Assembly: GCA_951406725.2 (NCBI GenBank)
Contig: OX597814.1
Location: forward strand, 26,846,001 to 26,910,000
Source of the DNA: Octopus vulgaris
Lineage: Eukaryota
Length of the DNA stretch: 64,000 nucleotides
Direction: 5' to 3'
Shown: positions 28,520 through 43,129 of the stretch, piece after piece
Layout of the letters: every line of letters starts with the position of its first letter
Position numbering within the stretch: position 1 is the stretch's first letter
Translations under genes and position numbers: made by a program
Notes under the pieces: model-generated
Databases searched by the model: none
The model's input: only the letters and a program-made list of their open reading frames with translations
What the model was told of the DNA's origin: nothing

Positions 28520-29110
28520 TAATATTTATAATTATCTTCTCCCTGTAGTTTAAATATTTAATTCTGGTGTTGTTAAAATTTTTCCTAACCTTATAAATAA
28601 GCATTTTCCCATAGAAAATAGATTTTGTAAAATCTTTAATAAAAATAGCTTTAAGATTAGCTACAGCTGCACCAAAAAACAACTTTGCTGATTCCATAGA
28701 CAGTGTAAATAAAAGAAACATTTTCAATACAAATCTGCAAGACAATATAATTACAACTGTAGTGTCTCCCATGTCATCTTCTAAAAACACTAGCTTATTG
28801 AACTGAAGTCTCCTTACAGGTGATAGTAAAACAAGAGCTATGTATGTCTCACTGAAACTTGTATTTAAAAATACTTTCAGAACACATGTGAAAATCAGGA
28901 AGAAGGCCTTACTACTTTACTGTTTAGATATGTCTGGAGTTTAAAAGATAATAACCTTGGTAGTGATAGTGAACAAACAGATCATAAGATCAACTGGCCC
29001 AGTGGAGAAAATACATTTGTATGTATTAAAGGTTTCAAAAGATGTGGTTTCTATCTCACTAAGGTGTATAATATTTCTTTACAGTCTTTTGAAATTTAGA
29101 ACAAGATTGG
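28520..29110 (+). mobile_element. Penelope-like element remnant (linker plus GIY-YIG endonuclease)
   Basis: Translation LINKHFPIENRFCKIFNKNSFKISYSCT...KSYVCLTET...RYVWSLKDNN...KGFKRCGFYLTK parallels the Penelope consensus LIDKHFP..KIFNRNTVKVSYSC...YIGLTE...YIWxLK...KRCxLCLTEK. Several stops. Confidence 0.7.
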
Positions 29111-30352
29111 CTTTGGTGAACATTTTGCTAGCAATTCTATTAGTATTTATTGAGATAGAGAAAAAAATATTGTTGTTGCTTTGGTTTGTCAGGACTTTTT
29201 AAGGAGAGTTATGCCATGAATTTTTTAGTGCCCTAAAATTTGGAAGTATCTTAATGTAAATTATATCAGTGCACATTTGTTTCTAATGCATTGCTGAAGA
29301 AAATGGTGTACAACAACAAAATTTGACATACAAGGGTAACATGACCTGCAAATTTCTTGGATATATATTTTTTTAATATGTAGGTGCTGTTTTTAAATAT
29401 AAATAATATTTTGATACAAGAAACAAAGGAAACAATTTGAAATGTCAGTAATGGGAAGCTTTTTACAAGGTATACCACAAGTTACATGGCAGTTTGTAAG
29501 TAGCCTCTGATAGAGACAAAATTGGATTTGACATAGTGTCAAGTGGACTTAGCAATGAAGCAAAAACTAAAAATGAAAATGGACTCTTGCAGAAAATATT
29601 GCATATACAGAAATTCTGTAGAGGTATATACATGAGATAAGAATATTATACAATATATAAAATTTTCTTACGTAGCTTTCCATTATATATATATACAAAA
29701 CCATTTTATGTACATATCTCTATACTGCCATTAGTTTACATGTTTGTGCCAATGAAATGTCTTGCCACTTGTTGCAACCTTTTACCATGTGATACTCATA
29801 GCAACAGTGAGAACTACAAATGTTTACTGTGGTGTATGTCATGACTTTTGTTGTTTTTTTTTTTTTTGCTTTTTTTTTTTAACATGGTATTTTAGACAAA
29901 TTGTCAAAACCATTAGAGCATTAGATAGCATACTTGGTGGTATTTGCTCTGACTAACAATGCTCTGAGTTCAAATCCTGCCATAGTGAACTTGCCTCCTT
30001 TTTGTGTCAATAAAAAAATACCACTTCAGGATGGTGGATTGATAGAAATGTTCAAGCATCAGGCAAAATTCCTCGTGTTATCTGATCTAATTCTTTATTT
30101 TTTCACTACAACACTAGTGCCAAACTAAAATGGCCAAAGTCAGTTACCTTTCTCTTGGATAAACATTGATGCCAGGGATAGGAGTCATTTGTATACATGG
30201 CAACTGCCATTCTTCCACAGAAAAATCTTGCCAAGGCCTAAACATACAGATACCAATACATGGTTTTATAATTGGTTGTTCTCCCTTTTGCCAACACTTT
30301 TACAGTATAAACCAGATGTCTTTTACAGTGCACATACACACACACATACCTA

Positions 30353-30388
<36 letters not shown>

Positions 30389-31000
30389 GAATCACTTAAC
30401 TTCTGTTTTCCATGCTGTCATATGTTGGAATACGTGTGTGCATGTGGGGGGTGCATTAAAAATAGGTGATTTATATTATTATATTGTAACTAGGTGTCTC
30501 ACCTTTAAGTACCTCATTCAACTGAATCTTGCAAAACCACAACAATATTTTAGTTCATTGACTGAAGAGGAAAACTCAACTGCAAATATTCTGTGTATCA
30601 TGTCTTTGTCCTTATTCCCCGTCTGTTAAGTTTTCATCCAGTTTCCCATTTGCTCTACTTTCATCTAACTTTTCCTTCTTATGTTCTGTCTAATCAGTCC
30701 TTGATACATCCATGTAGAGCAAAGCAAACCCTGTTTGTTTACTTTATATAAGTGACAAACACTTAGGAAAGAAATTCTTTCAAAGGGGTGTGTATATAAG
30801 TCTAAAGAGACTTATATAAATGGATATGAATTGTTTATAAATCAAATAATGTATATAAGTCAAAACAAATAGTTGGCTTTTTAGGTTTTTTAATAATTTT
30901 TTAATGTTATCTTATATCATATTCATAGCATATTATGTTATACTCTAATATAAATGAATTATTAGATTGTCAATTGAATCTCTCTATTTAATTTATTGTT

Positions 31001-31036
<36 letters not shown>

Positions 31037-31038
<2 letters not shown>

Positions 31039-31160
31039 GTTGCACCTCGGTTTTCGAACAAATCATGCTTTATATATATATATATATATATACATTGATA
31101 GATAGATATAAAGCACGATTTATTCATGATCAGAGGCGTTCGTAAACTGAGGTAGTACTG
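31037..31160. mobile_element. Tigger/pogo-like MITE
   Basis: TIR cagttgcacctcggttttcgaac versus the reverse complement of gttcgtaaactgaggtagtactg (18/23). CAGT termini, with TA on the right side. Confidence 0.55.
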
Positions 31161-31984
31161 TATTAAATGAATATGAGAAAGACAGGAGATAAAGTACGAT
31201 TTATTTGTGGTCAGAGTTGTTTGAAAACCGAGGTTCTTCTATATATATAGTTTGCTCACTGGTACAAGACACACCTTCTTTCCATCCCCCCCTCCCACCA
31301 CTCTCATCACTTGAACTCTCTATCCCATCTCAAAGCCTACATAGAAGTGACTACACTCTGTTTCCTTTTGTGTGCCATCATAAACATTCACTTTTCTCCA
31401 TATATCTTAGGTCTCTGTTATACTCGGACTTCACATTACCAAGCCATCCTGGTCACATTGCCTTGAGTATACTATGTGCTCCTATCAGTCATCCCCTGCC
31501 ACACATTCCTCTCATCCCAGTTATTTAGGCCTTTATTCTTTTATGCCACCATCACTTATGCTTTTTACTTTGTAAAGAGGCTGCTGAATAAGCAAAAATG
31601 TGGAGTGGTTAAGTCCCTTTAGTTATGTTGAGAACATGGCTACCTCTCTTGTGGTAGTGCCATGAAAGAAAATACCTAGTACATTAAATAAAGATTTAGA
31701 TGCTAGAAAAGGGCATCCAGGTATAGAAACCAAACCAAAAATGCAATATGAATGAGATGAGGTCTCCTAAAACATCCAAGTAAACATTACTTCATGATAA
31801 ATGCTAACTCTGATTGTGAGGGTCTGTGCAGTGCCTACCTGAACTGAAAGCAAACATAAAACGATGTTGATGTAAATATCTATCAACATATAGACAAACT
31901 CTTTCTCTCTCTCTCTCTCTCTCCCTCCCCCTTTCTCTCCACACATAAAATATATATATATGTGTATATATTTATGCATATATG

Positions 31985-32033
<49 letters not shown>

Positions 32034-32534
32034 TCATATATAAACATACACATATACATAAAACATACAAAGCAAATATACACTTGTATGTAAGCGTATC
32101 TTTAACAATAGATCATTCATTTGGTTTAATATAACCATATTGATTAGAGAAGATCAATATATCATCACCCAGATAGCATTATACTTATATCAATAGAGCT
32201 CACTATACCAGTTAATCTCTATCAACAGATTAGAGCTATTTCGATCTCTCCATTCAGTATCTTCTAATCAATACATAACATAATTAAATAATTATATATG
32301 AGTTAGTATATATATATATATATACACACATACACCAATAGATATAGGTAAGAGTATGTAGGTGTTTATGTATAAAAATATGTGTGTATAAATATATATG
32401 TGTATCTGGGGTGGGTCTGTGTCCATATGCATGTATATGTGCATGTATGCTATGTGTATAATGTATACATGTAATCTGAACTAGCAGTTCAATATGAATA
32501 TATCAATATTGGCATATGTATGTATACATACATG

Positions 32535-32567
<33 letters not shown>

Positions 32568-32940
32568 CAGAAATCAATATATCCATATCAAACTGAATCG
32601 ATAACACTAAATCTATGTATCAATATCATTATGCTAAAATCAATATACTTATATCCAGAAATCAGTATTTCTGCTGACCTTTAGGCAATAAAACAAACTC
32701 TTTACAACACCCACCCATTTCCCACCTTTCTATTATGGAAGAGCGTTCACACTGTGCCAGAGGACAAATAGGGATATTTTCTATAAAATAAAAGATATAA
32801 AATATAACATAGACAAATCTGTTCATTCTATTACAAATACATACATATATACATACAAGCAAGCAGGTAGGCAGACAGACAGGTAGACAGATAGATACAC
32901 ATGCACATATGTATAGATAGATAGTTAAATAGATAGTTAA

Positions 32941-32985
<45 letters not shown>

Positions 32986-33009
32986 TATTAGATTATGATA
33001 ATGATGATG

Positions 33010-33309
33010 AAAATGGTATTGGTCTCTTTTTGTCAAAACGCTAAGTTACAGGAATGTAAACAAACCAACTCAAGTTGTCAGGCAGTGGTGGGTGACAAAC
33101 ACACATACACATAGATATATTCCTATATATTTATATATATCAAGAGATTCTTTCAGTTTCTTTCTATTAAGTCCACTGACAAGGCTTTGGTCAGCCCAGG
33201 ACTATAGAGCTTTAGTAGAAGACACTTCCTCAAGGTGCAGTGGGACTGAAACTAGAACCATGTGGTGCATACACACACATATACTCACATATATATACAT
33301 CTCTCTCTT

Positions 33310-33367
<58 letters not shown>

Positions 33368-33640
33368 ATACATGCCAGTATGGCAGACAGATGTTAAACA
33401 ATGATGATATATATATATATATCTTTTATTTTTTATTTCTTTAAGTAATCATTCTGTAGCCTTGCTGGGGCACATCCTTGAAGGGTTCAGCTGAATACCC
33501 CATTACAAATTTTGTTACACCTGGCACTTATTCTATTGGTGTCTTTTTTGCCAAAATACTAAATAATGGGGGATATAAACAAACAAACACCAATTGTCAA
33601 ACTGTGGTGGAGGACAAACAAAGACACCTAAGAATCACAG
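33010..33640 (-). mobile_element. Cluster of two partial SINE family 1 copies
   Basis: ttggtctctttttgtcaaaacgctaagttac...gtagaagacac...tgggactgaaac, with a second partial copy at about 33440-33640. Confidence 0.65.
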
Positions 33641-34698
33641 ACAGATAAACACATATATTTATATAATATATATTAGATATTTCCTGGATCTACTCCTCTA
33701 CACATGTGTGTGTGTGTGTGTATACAGAGGTAGATCCAGGATTAAGATTATCATATGTTGGAGAGCCCCTTCTTGCTTTACAGGAAACATCAGATGCATA
33801 TAGTAGGTTGAAACTTGTTATAATTCAGAAACTGATAGTATGTAACTAAAATGCTGATGGCATACACAAAATCCTTCATATGCTTGACACACAACAAATC
33901 AATTTGTATTCTTATTTTAAATGTTATTTTTTTTCTTTTTACATATTCTTTTAATTGGTTTGTAAGATGGATAATATTCCTAACAATCATGTGCTCTGCT
34001 CTACTTCAAAGTGTTTGCGCAAACTCATCATCATGGAACTGATAATCATTTTCAGCTCAGTCTCACTAATAATATCTTCCCTTTGTTCCAATATTTCATT
34101 AATTCTTCTATGAGGCCCAACTTTCACAGGACTGATCTAACTATCAATGCTTAACTCATTCCTTAGTTTCACCTCTGACAAACCCATCATTTACTACCAG
34201 TTTTCAAGATTCTCCATCTAAATACATCACCTTACATCTCTATATCACTGAGGTTATTTATCTCTGTTGCACATGCCAACCACCCCTGTGATATGTTTAC
34301 TTCATTATCTTATTTGCACTCAGTTCTGTCATTCAATTTCATATTGCACATCCAACAAACCTTACTTCATCTTTCTCTCAATGAATTTGTTAGCTTTATT
34401 GTCCACTTTTCATTTATGAAACAGATATACCATATAAGCTATCAGCATGGTCTCTGTCCAAAGTGTGACCATAATTATCACTAGATCATTATTTAAACAT
34501 GCATTGGATAGCTCTGCAATATTACAATTTTGGAAGTGGCTTCGATCCATGTTATTTCATCATAGAAACTAGATTTTCTCAGAACTAACCTATTTAATAA
34601 CAATTTTTCTATGTCTACTTTAACTACAAGCAATTTCTATTAATTTGCTATATCATTTTCTATGCTATACATTATTTACTAGCATGTATACATAATTG

Positions 34699-34762
<64 letters not shown>

Positions 34763-34804
34763 TATCATCATCATCATCTTTATCATTTATCATTTCATAT
34801 ATTT

Positions 34805-35672
34805 AACAACTGTCTTCCATGCTAGCATTGGTTGGAATGGTTTGACACAAGCTGGCAAAACCAAGGACTGCAACAAGCTCCACAGTCTGCTTTGGCATGG
34901 TTTCTACAGTTGGATCCTTTCCTAATCCCAACCACTTTACAGAGTGTCCTGAGTACTTTTTATATAGTATCAGCATGGACAAGGTCACCAAGTAACTTTT
35001 GCAAGACAAAGATCCGTCAACTGAGAAAGGAAATGATGTTAAGTGCGGTGGATTTATGCCAAGTGATGAGAGATTTAACTATGATACAGAGACAGAAAAA
35101 AGTCTCATACTGTAGAGGATATACATGGTTACCCCAACCACAGACAGGCAGAGAGAGATGGTAATGTGCCAGGTTGGACCCTCAAAGTACAAGGAGGTAA
35201 AAGTAAATGGAGTGGTAGAGGACTGGAAAAGGTGCATGAGCAAATGGGGAGAGAAGGAAAGGGAAATGCAGCACTTCCAGAATTTAGTTTCACTAAGATA
35301 GGTGGGTCTTCACAAGAAGCTCATATCATCAGATATCCTGGTCTGTCACGGGGTTCAACATCTTGAGATCAGCCCTCTCTACTTCATCCCATGTCTTTCT
35401 GGGTCTCCTTTTCCCACAGATGCTGTCCACATTAAGCAATCAGCACTTCTTTATACAGCTTTCTTCATTCATATGCATCACATGTACAAACCATCATAGT
35501 CTTCTTTCTATCATGCTACATCTGCATTCAGGGCCTGAATCTCACTAGTATGGAGCATAGCCATTCATACACAAGCATCAATCTGCTTGAGAGAGGGGCC
35601 TTTTGTTGCCAACAGAGGTAATAGCTCTCTGAAGTTCCTCCATCCTATTCTTATTCAAATAACAACACTTCC
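34805..35672 (-). mobile_element. RTE-clade LINE 3' fragment
   Basis: Minus strand IRIRIGWRNFRELLPLLATKGPSL plus GKGRPRKTWDEV. It shares its 3' tail with 44410-45612. Confidence 0.75.
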
Positions 35673-37404
35673 AATTTAGTCCATGAGCAAAACCGAACAG
35701 GAGGATACACATGGATGCAAGAGTCACTGACGAGGTCACAGATGTGTGACAAAAAATTTCCAGACTATGGGCATAAGAAAAATAAGAACAATAATAAATG
35801 AGTGAAGAATAAATATATAGTGCATGTGTTTATTTGACAAGGGAAAAAAAATGACCATCCCAAAATATGACAATATATATATATAATATTATGCCCACTT
35901 TCTAAATTGGTATGGTTGGACAGTCTGAGTCAGTTCTTTTTCAGGGTTATTGCACTCTTAAGTCAGAGGATAAAACTTTACTTGTATATTTCATCTTGAG
36001 TTTGGTTTCTACAGCTGGATGCCCTTTCTAACATAACTATTTTATAGAGTGTAATAGGAGAATCATCATGGCACCAGCACAAGAGAGACAGTTATGTTCT
36101 CAAACAAGACCAGAAAAATCTATAAACTCCATCTCTCTCTCATCAACAACCTCTGCTTGCTCACAATCAATGAAAGATAATGAGACAGATATAGATACAT
36201 GCATATACACAAGTATACTTATATACATATGCACTGGCACACTCACACACATGCAAACACACACATACGTGCATACACACACATACACACACATTTTGAT
36301 CTTTCCTTACCTGCAAAACATGTAAGGGTTAGCAACAGGAAGAGGAGTGTGCAACTGTGAAACAATGCCTAAATAATATACTCCTCTAACCCATACTAGC
36401 ATGGAAAACTGATGTAAAAACGAAATGAATATATATCCTTGTGTAGTTATCTCTCCTATTTAAATTCATCAATGGATTGTAGAAAGTCATTGATCAATGT
36501 ATGATCACACTATATCATTGATAATCTACTTGTGATAAATTTTATTCATAGGTTAACATTCTGCACTCTCTTGAACATACTCATTTCATTCACCTCTATT
36601 CTCTAAATCAATTTAATTAACTAAAATCAACAACAGATCCAATGCAATACAACTGAGATAATATTATTTCCCACATTGATATTGATGAAAGCAAATCTCC
36701 AGGAAAAACTTAAATATTTTAAAAACAACACAGAAATTCAGATATGAAATGTTAATATTGATAAATTTCCAGAAAGTACTAAACTTGTTCTTTTATTTAT
36801 TAAAGAATTTATTCTTAAAAGAAAAACAATAACAATATTTTCTAGCATTTAAAAGTGGAAAATAATAAAAAGAATCATATAATAAAGTAAGCACACCAAA
36901 AAATATCATTTATTTTAAAACTTACCATATGGCTGCAGGGAAGATATATTGCTGGGTGATAAATTGATAATATATTTCCCATAGCCAGTTTAATTTCTAA
37001 AACATATTTAAACATAACTTTGCTGTACTCACATCACATCTGCACCCCCTCCCATCTGACTTCCCAACACATTCTCACATATGAAAGACATACACATACG
37101 AGCAGAATATTGGTTAGCCATTTCATAGAGTTATAAAAGAAAGTTAAAGATTTATTGACACATACTGCAATGGATGGCAAGAAATTTTCCATTATCATAT
37201 TTTATATATCACAAGTAGATGTATGAGCTGTGGTGAGATGAAAATAGAGAAGCAGAGAAACATAGTGCAATAGCAATATATAACCACAATATATAACTCT
37301 GTATATCAGAAGTAACTGTACAAGCTGTTGTAAAACAAGTGTGAACGAACAGAAAAATATTATAGAAACACAGCCAGCATGTTAAAATCACATTTGTATT
37401 TGGA

Positions 37405-37405
<1 letters not shown>

Positions 37406-37464
<59 letters not shown>

Positions 37465-37478
37465 CATCATCATCATCA
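37406..37478. repeat. (ATT)n(ATC)n microsatellite
   Basis: Trinucleotide arrays. Confidence 0.95.
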
Positions 37479-38407
37479 TTTCTGTTTTACTGATTTTTTT
37501 GTTGTTTCTATTGTTGTTGCTACTGATTTTTATTTGTTATTTTTATTTTTATTTATATGTATATTTATTTTACTTTCTTTGGCAAGAAATGCAAAATATC
37601 TCCTCCTTCACATACATCTATCTTGCCCTCCCCACATTTACTGCATTCACATTTTCCCTTTTTTGTTTTTATTTGAATGTCCCTTCTTAGTTTCTCATTC
37701 ATTATCCATCTGTCTTCCTAGAATTCCTGCTTTTCTGCCATGCTCTCATTGTTCTTTAACTACTAAACTATCTTCTCTTCATTTGCTGTGTGGTTCAACA
37801 AAACTCTCACTCTTCCATCCAATAACTCAGCTCATGCTGAATTTAGTTCCAATTTTACCTGGATTTTCTGGTCTCCTGCCAGATTATTTACACCAGCTAG
37901 CAATGTTGTGCATACATGAATGTTCACAAAATACACTGGCTACTTTATCAGTCAAGTCATGTACTCTGTGTGATGTTGCTTGTCAGCCTAAACTTCATTA
38001 CTGCACAGACAATGAACACTTGGGAATAAATGAAGACAAAACACATGCACATACGCTCACATACACACACATGCACAAATATAAAACATAAATGCTACAA
38101 ACTATGTCGAAACATTTCCATTCCTCAATCATATACATAATTTGTGCAAGCATATACAAACATAAATGCAAATGAGTATGTATGTGTTTGTGTATGCATG
38201 TGTGCATGTGCAAGCATGCATAAGAAGCACAATACACAGACTAAGAATAAATATATAAAATACTGCATAATCAAATGAATATATACAACATAAAGGCATA
38301 AATGGAAAAACATTTTCAGAAAGATAAGGCATAAACAGATACACATTGCATTGTTAGTACTGCCATACAGATATATTTAGCAATAAATATATACTGCCAC
38401 TAACTTA

Positions 38408-38558
38408 TGCAAGCATGCATGCATGCATGTATGCATGCATGCATGTATGTATGTATGTATGTATGTATGTATGTATGTATGTATGTATGGATGGATGGAT
38501 GGATGGATGGATGGATGGATATATGTATGCATGCATACATGCATGTATGTATGTATGT
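38408..38558. repeat. Compound (GCAT)/(GTAT)/(GGAT) microsatellite
   Basis: Tetranucleotide arrays. Confidence 0.9.
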
Positions 38559-41516
38559 AAACTTATGTATGAAGTTTAATGGCAAGAACAGAAATTAAAA
38601 TAATTAACTACCATAATAAGGAATAAATTTCAGCAGAATAATTTCCATTTAAAACGTCCTCTTGTGTGTTTCATTTGGGCTTTAATTGAACTTGAACATG
38701 TTGGTTTTTATCTAGTTTATTTTTGGCCTTAAATTTTTAAAGAAATTGTTTTTCTAAGTAAGAAATTGCTGTTTAACTTACTAAGTTTATATATTAAACA
38801 ATTTTCTTTAAGATGATTTAAATCTATAGTTTCATTTCAACATGAATTAGATTATTCTACAAATTCATATATTTGCATGGAATGTCAGAGTGTATGTTTC
38901 CCCTGCAACCTCATAAACTACTTTTTTCTTTTTTTTTTTCTTCTGTTCTAAATCCTTAAGATTTTCCTAAGCTGAGATAGCATTTCCTATCTTCAACATG
39001 GAAGATTGAATAAAATAATTTTTGTAAACCCAAAGATGCAATGTGCTTTCAATAGTAGATTGAACTGACTCCCAGCCTGTTATTCAGACAGAGTGTCTCT
39101 ACTTTATATTTATCTATAACACAGAAAGTATTAGAGAAGAGAGTAAACTTATTGCAAAATAAGTGTATGCCTTGGTTTTCATTTTAGCTATTCACATTAT
39201 TTGCATTGCTACTGCTCTTGAGAAAGACAACAGCATCAGCTAGTCAGATTTTATTTCTATAAATTTTATGACTATGTAAAACACACACACACATTCACCA
39301 TCTTACCAGTCTATTTCAGCGTTTAAAGAATGACATTTCCTTATATAACTTTATTTTCAGTATCTTTTTATTTTGCTCATATAAAACTAGTTTGATGGCA
39401 TTACTAAAATTATGTTTATACAGGAACTAGTTTTCTACCACCATGCATTTAGTATAGTAATTTACATTTTAATAGTGTTTTGTAAGAATTTCTTACTAGA
39501 ACAAGACCATTTTCATTGCTTCACAAGAATTTGTAAAATTGATTTCCTTTTGAAAGATAAAAAAAAAGTCCCATATTTTAGAGGAGAAAACAGAATTTGT
39601 AATTCATACTTTTCACAAGCAAAGGGAAATGTTTTCTAGAAATTAAAGTCACACCATTAACTCAACTCACCAGAAGCTGAATATACCATGCAAAATACTA
39701 CAAAATACAACACAAAAATATCTCTAATTTTTAATATATTTTCATAATGTAATGTTGAGGAATGCTCCTTTTGTTTATTGGCTTAGTCTGGTGTGCCTTT
39801 TGATTTGCCAACTCTCTGAGACCAATCAGGTTGATTTTAATTGTAGATCCTAGCAAACTCAATTCACTGTCAAGTTTTGTTTTTTTAGCTCTTGTAATTT
39901 CACTTCTATTTCAATCAATAAAGCAGTCAGAAATACATGATCAGCTAAACATTTGCTTCTTCCCTTCCTTAAAAATTTTGAGATCTTGTTTCAGTATAAT
40001 AATTCAAAATTATGTAAATTTATGTAAAATTTATTTCTTATATGAATTCTAAGGCCTTTTTTGTCTGTTGAGGAATACCACTGATTCTTATTTCATCAAA
40101 TCTAGATCGATGAAATATAAATTCAAGTAGAATTTGAATCAAAAACAAAATGGGAAGAAACTGTAATGTATTTTGTTCTCACTAACTCAGCAACTTCTGG
40201 AACCTTTGTCAGAATTTTCCAAACCTATCATAAATACATATGCCTACACTCTCGGAGTGGTTGGCCTACACATTCGGAGTGGTTGGCGTTAGGAAGGGCA
40301 TCCAGCTGTAGAAACTCTACTAGATCAGATTGGAGTCTGGTTCGCCAAACCTCAGTCAAATCGTCCAACCCATGCTAGCATGGAAAGCAGACATTAAACG
40401 ATGATGATGATGATATATATATATATATATATACTTTTATATCTAAAGGGCTGTCTAAAAGGATATGGTATCAGACTACCAGTTCAGTTTGTTATGTATT
40501 TAGATAAAAGATTTTCTTCTACATTCCACAGTTCTAGTTGTTGGAATACATATGAGATTATCTGGGAATGGTACTTGAAATAGACTAGTTTCTAATCCAA
40601 AGGGATATTTACATCACATTTACTCAATATAACTAAACACCAGCCTATAAAAACCTGTCACAGCTGCTAAGGAAACATGAATGAAGACAGTGCAACATTG
40701 CTATCATTGTATAAAATCATTGGTTACAAGATAACTTTATTTGACACAGTACAACATTATTCCAGCAATAGCACATGCAGAGTTTATTGCCTTCCCCAGA
40801 GATACAGTGCAGCTCTTGCATTTGAATATAAAATCACAAAACCCAGCCTCCAGTGTAACCCAAATTTTATTATATAAAATTTATATAATTTTCATGATGA
40901 CATTTTTAGTTATAAAACTGTGCCATATATACTTGTGCAGCAACTGATGCATATATCATTTTCAACAAAAATTATAGAAAACATTACATAATTTATTCAT
41001 TCATACAGCATTTGAATTAATAAATGATGATGATTCACACGGAAACATTTTCAGTTTTTGCATGAAGAATTTTTTCTGATCAAAAAATTGTTTCCATAAA
41101 TGTTTGCATATACAAAATGCAGTTTAATTTATTATATGCACTAATCTACGACCTTTTATTCAAGCAGTTTGACTTTCCTCACTCATGATTTTTGCATACT
41201 ATTCTGGCAGAGAAAAGTTCAGGTTTCCTCCCATAATGTCTAGGGACATTTAAAGAAGGTCTCAAAATGTTTATTAGTGTATTCCCCATGAAACTAGCAT
41301 AAATCATCTCAAAAACATAGTTTTTAAATATGTTTAAGCTAAAGAGAAGAAATACTCAGTTGTTACTAATATTTTTGTCTTCATGATTATTGTCCTTATA
41401 CACTCTTAGACCACTCAAATTATATGTCATTTAAATGTCTTTATTTTGTTCTTCCCTTAATTAACCCCTCTAAATTTTAAAATATTTTAACAACACTTTT
41501 TCTCTCTTTCTTGCAG

Positions 41517-41801
41517 CATACTTGAATATTGAGAACAAACCAGAGAGCAAAGTGGCAAATGTCGGAGAAGACACAAACTTTGTATGTATGCCAAATTCAT
41601 TAGAACTAAAGAAGTTTGAAATTAAGTGGAAGCACAATGATGTAATACTTAATTTGACAAACACTGAAAAATACAAAACAAATGAACTAAAAACAAACAT
41701 AACAATAAAATCTGTTACTTTTCAAGATGCAGGTGTTTATACCTGTATGGTAATACTGGACATGGACATGAAAATGTCAAAAGCAAATCTAACAGTAAAA
41801 G
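41517..41801 (+). CDS. Internal exon encoding one complete Ig (I-set-like) domain of an IgSF cell-surface or secreted protein
   Basis: Acceptor ctttttctctctttcttgcag and donor AAG|gtaaga. 285 nt, phase 1-1. YLNIENKPESKVANVGEDTNFVC...IKWKHN...NITIKSVTFQDAGVYTC...ANLTVK has the B-strand Cys, C-strand Trp, DxGxYxC motif and three N-glycosylation sequons. Confidence 0.92.
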
Positions 41802-43129
41802 GTAAGAGACAAATTTGCCATCTCCTAACTTTCTTGATGTTAATGTTTCAATTTACTACAGATATCTAAAACAGTAATTGACAAAGATTTTGAGTCATTA
41901 CTTTTTCAAACCTATAAACTTATACAAAATTCTTCTTTACCAACCACATTAAAGATAGTGTACAAAATAGTTGTCTTCACAATATCATGGATGATGATGG
42001 TCTAATGATGTTGAAACTAGTGGCAAGTAATTTCAAATTTGATTTGATATTCCAGTAATCTTACCTCCATTCAGACAACACTGTTTCTATTTTCATCCAT
42101 GCTGGTTTACCAGAAATAGTTTCCTTATTTTATAGCACACCCATACTTCACTCATTTAATTTTAATATCTGTTAATAATTGTTTACCATTAAAAATCTGA
42201 ATTATTATCCTCCTCATCATTATCATTTAATGTTCATCTTCCATGCTGGCATGGCTTAAGCAAAAGCAGAACTGGTATCCTTAAAACAAGATTGCTCTTA
42301 GTTTGCTTTCTAACTAGACATTTTTCTAGTTTATTTTAACAAAATTGCCTCTACTTTATTATAATTAGTTTGCTACTAGTTATAACTAGATCAAGTGATT
42401 TTCTGATTTTAAGCACAATAACTACTTTATTAATATAACAGTTACTGTTTCTACATTGATGTATGATGAACTGGTGTAAATGACTGATGTACCTTACTTA
42501 AAGAGATAGTTAAGTACATTTGCATTAATGAATAAGATTTTTACCTAGCATGTTGTTGTGGTTACCCATATAGACATTCAGTGTTTCAGTTTGAGTTAAA
42601 GCATTAACTGAAACTGACTTGAGATTTGAAATGTCTGGAGAGAACTGCTTTGAGAACTGAGTATGACACAAGTTTCATCAAGCAATTAGCATTCCATTTG
42701 GACTATGCTTTCTCATTGTGAACATTGCTCCATTGGAACCTATCTATCACGTCATATATATCCTTATTACCTATTATAATCAATGTCTTTACCATTTTTG
42801 CATGTAACAGCCAACGTTTCTATCATCTGATTATTATCATTAACCTTTTGTACTCACTATGGTTTTTGCATTCTCATTAATAATAAAAAGTAATGAGGTT
42901 TTAAATGCTCAAATGATTTTTGATATTTTACAAATAGAAAAACTAAGTAATTTTTAAACACACTGGATAAAAATAGATCAGACATGTAAAATTGGAAATA
43001 ATATAACACAAGCATTAACTATGAAATTAATTTCCATATACAATACTAACAGTAGTAGACTGAAACTCTCCTGAAAATGATGAATAATACCTTAATATTA
43101 GATTAATCAAGTAACAGTTATATACCATA

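Noticed and set aside
29500-29550. ctgataga...gtc hammerhead-like text after the Penelope remnant
   Set aside because: No GAAA box and the stems do not pair convincingly.
37534-38091. 185-aa ORF
   Set aside because: No recognisable motif, low-complexity ends and no convincing splice pair.
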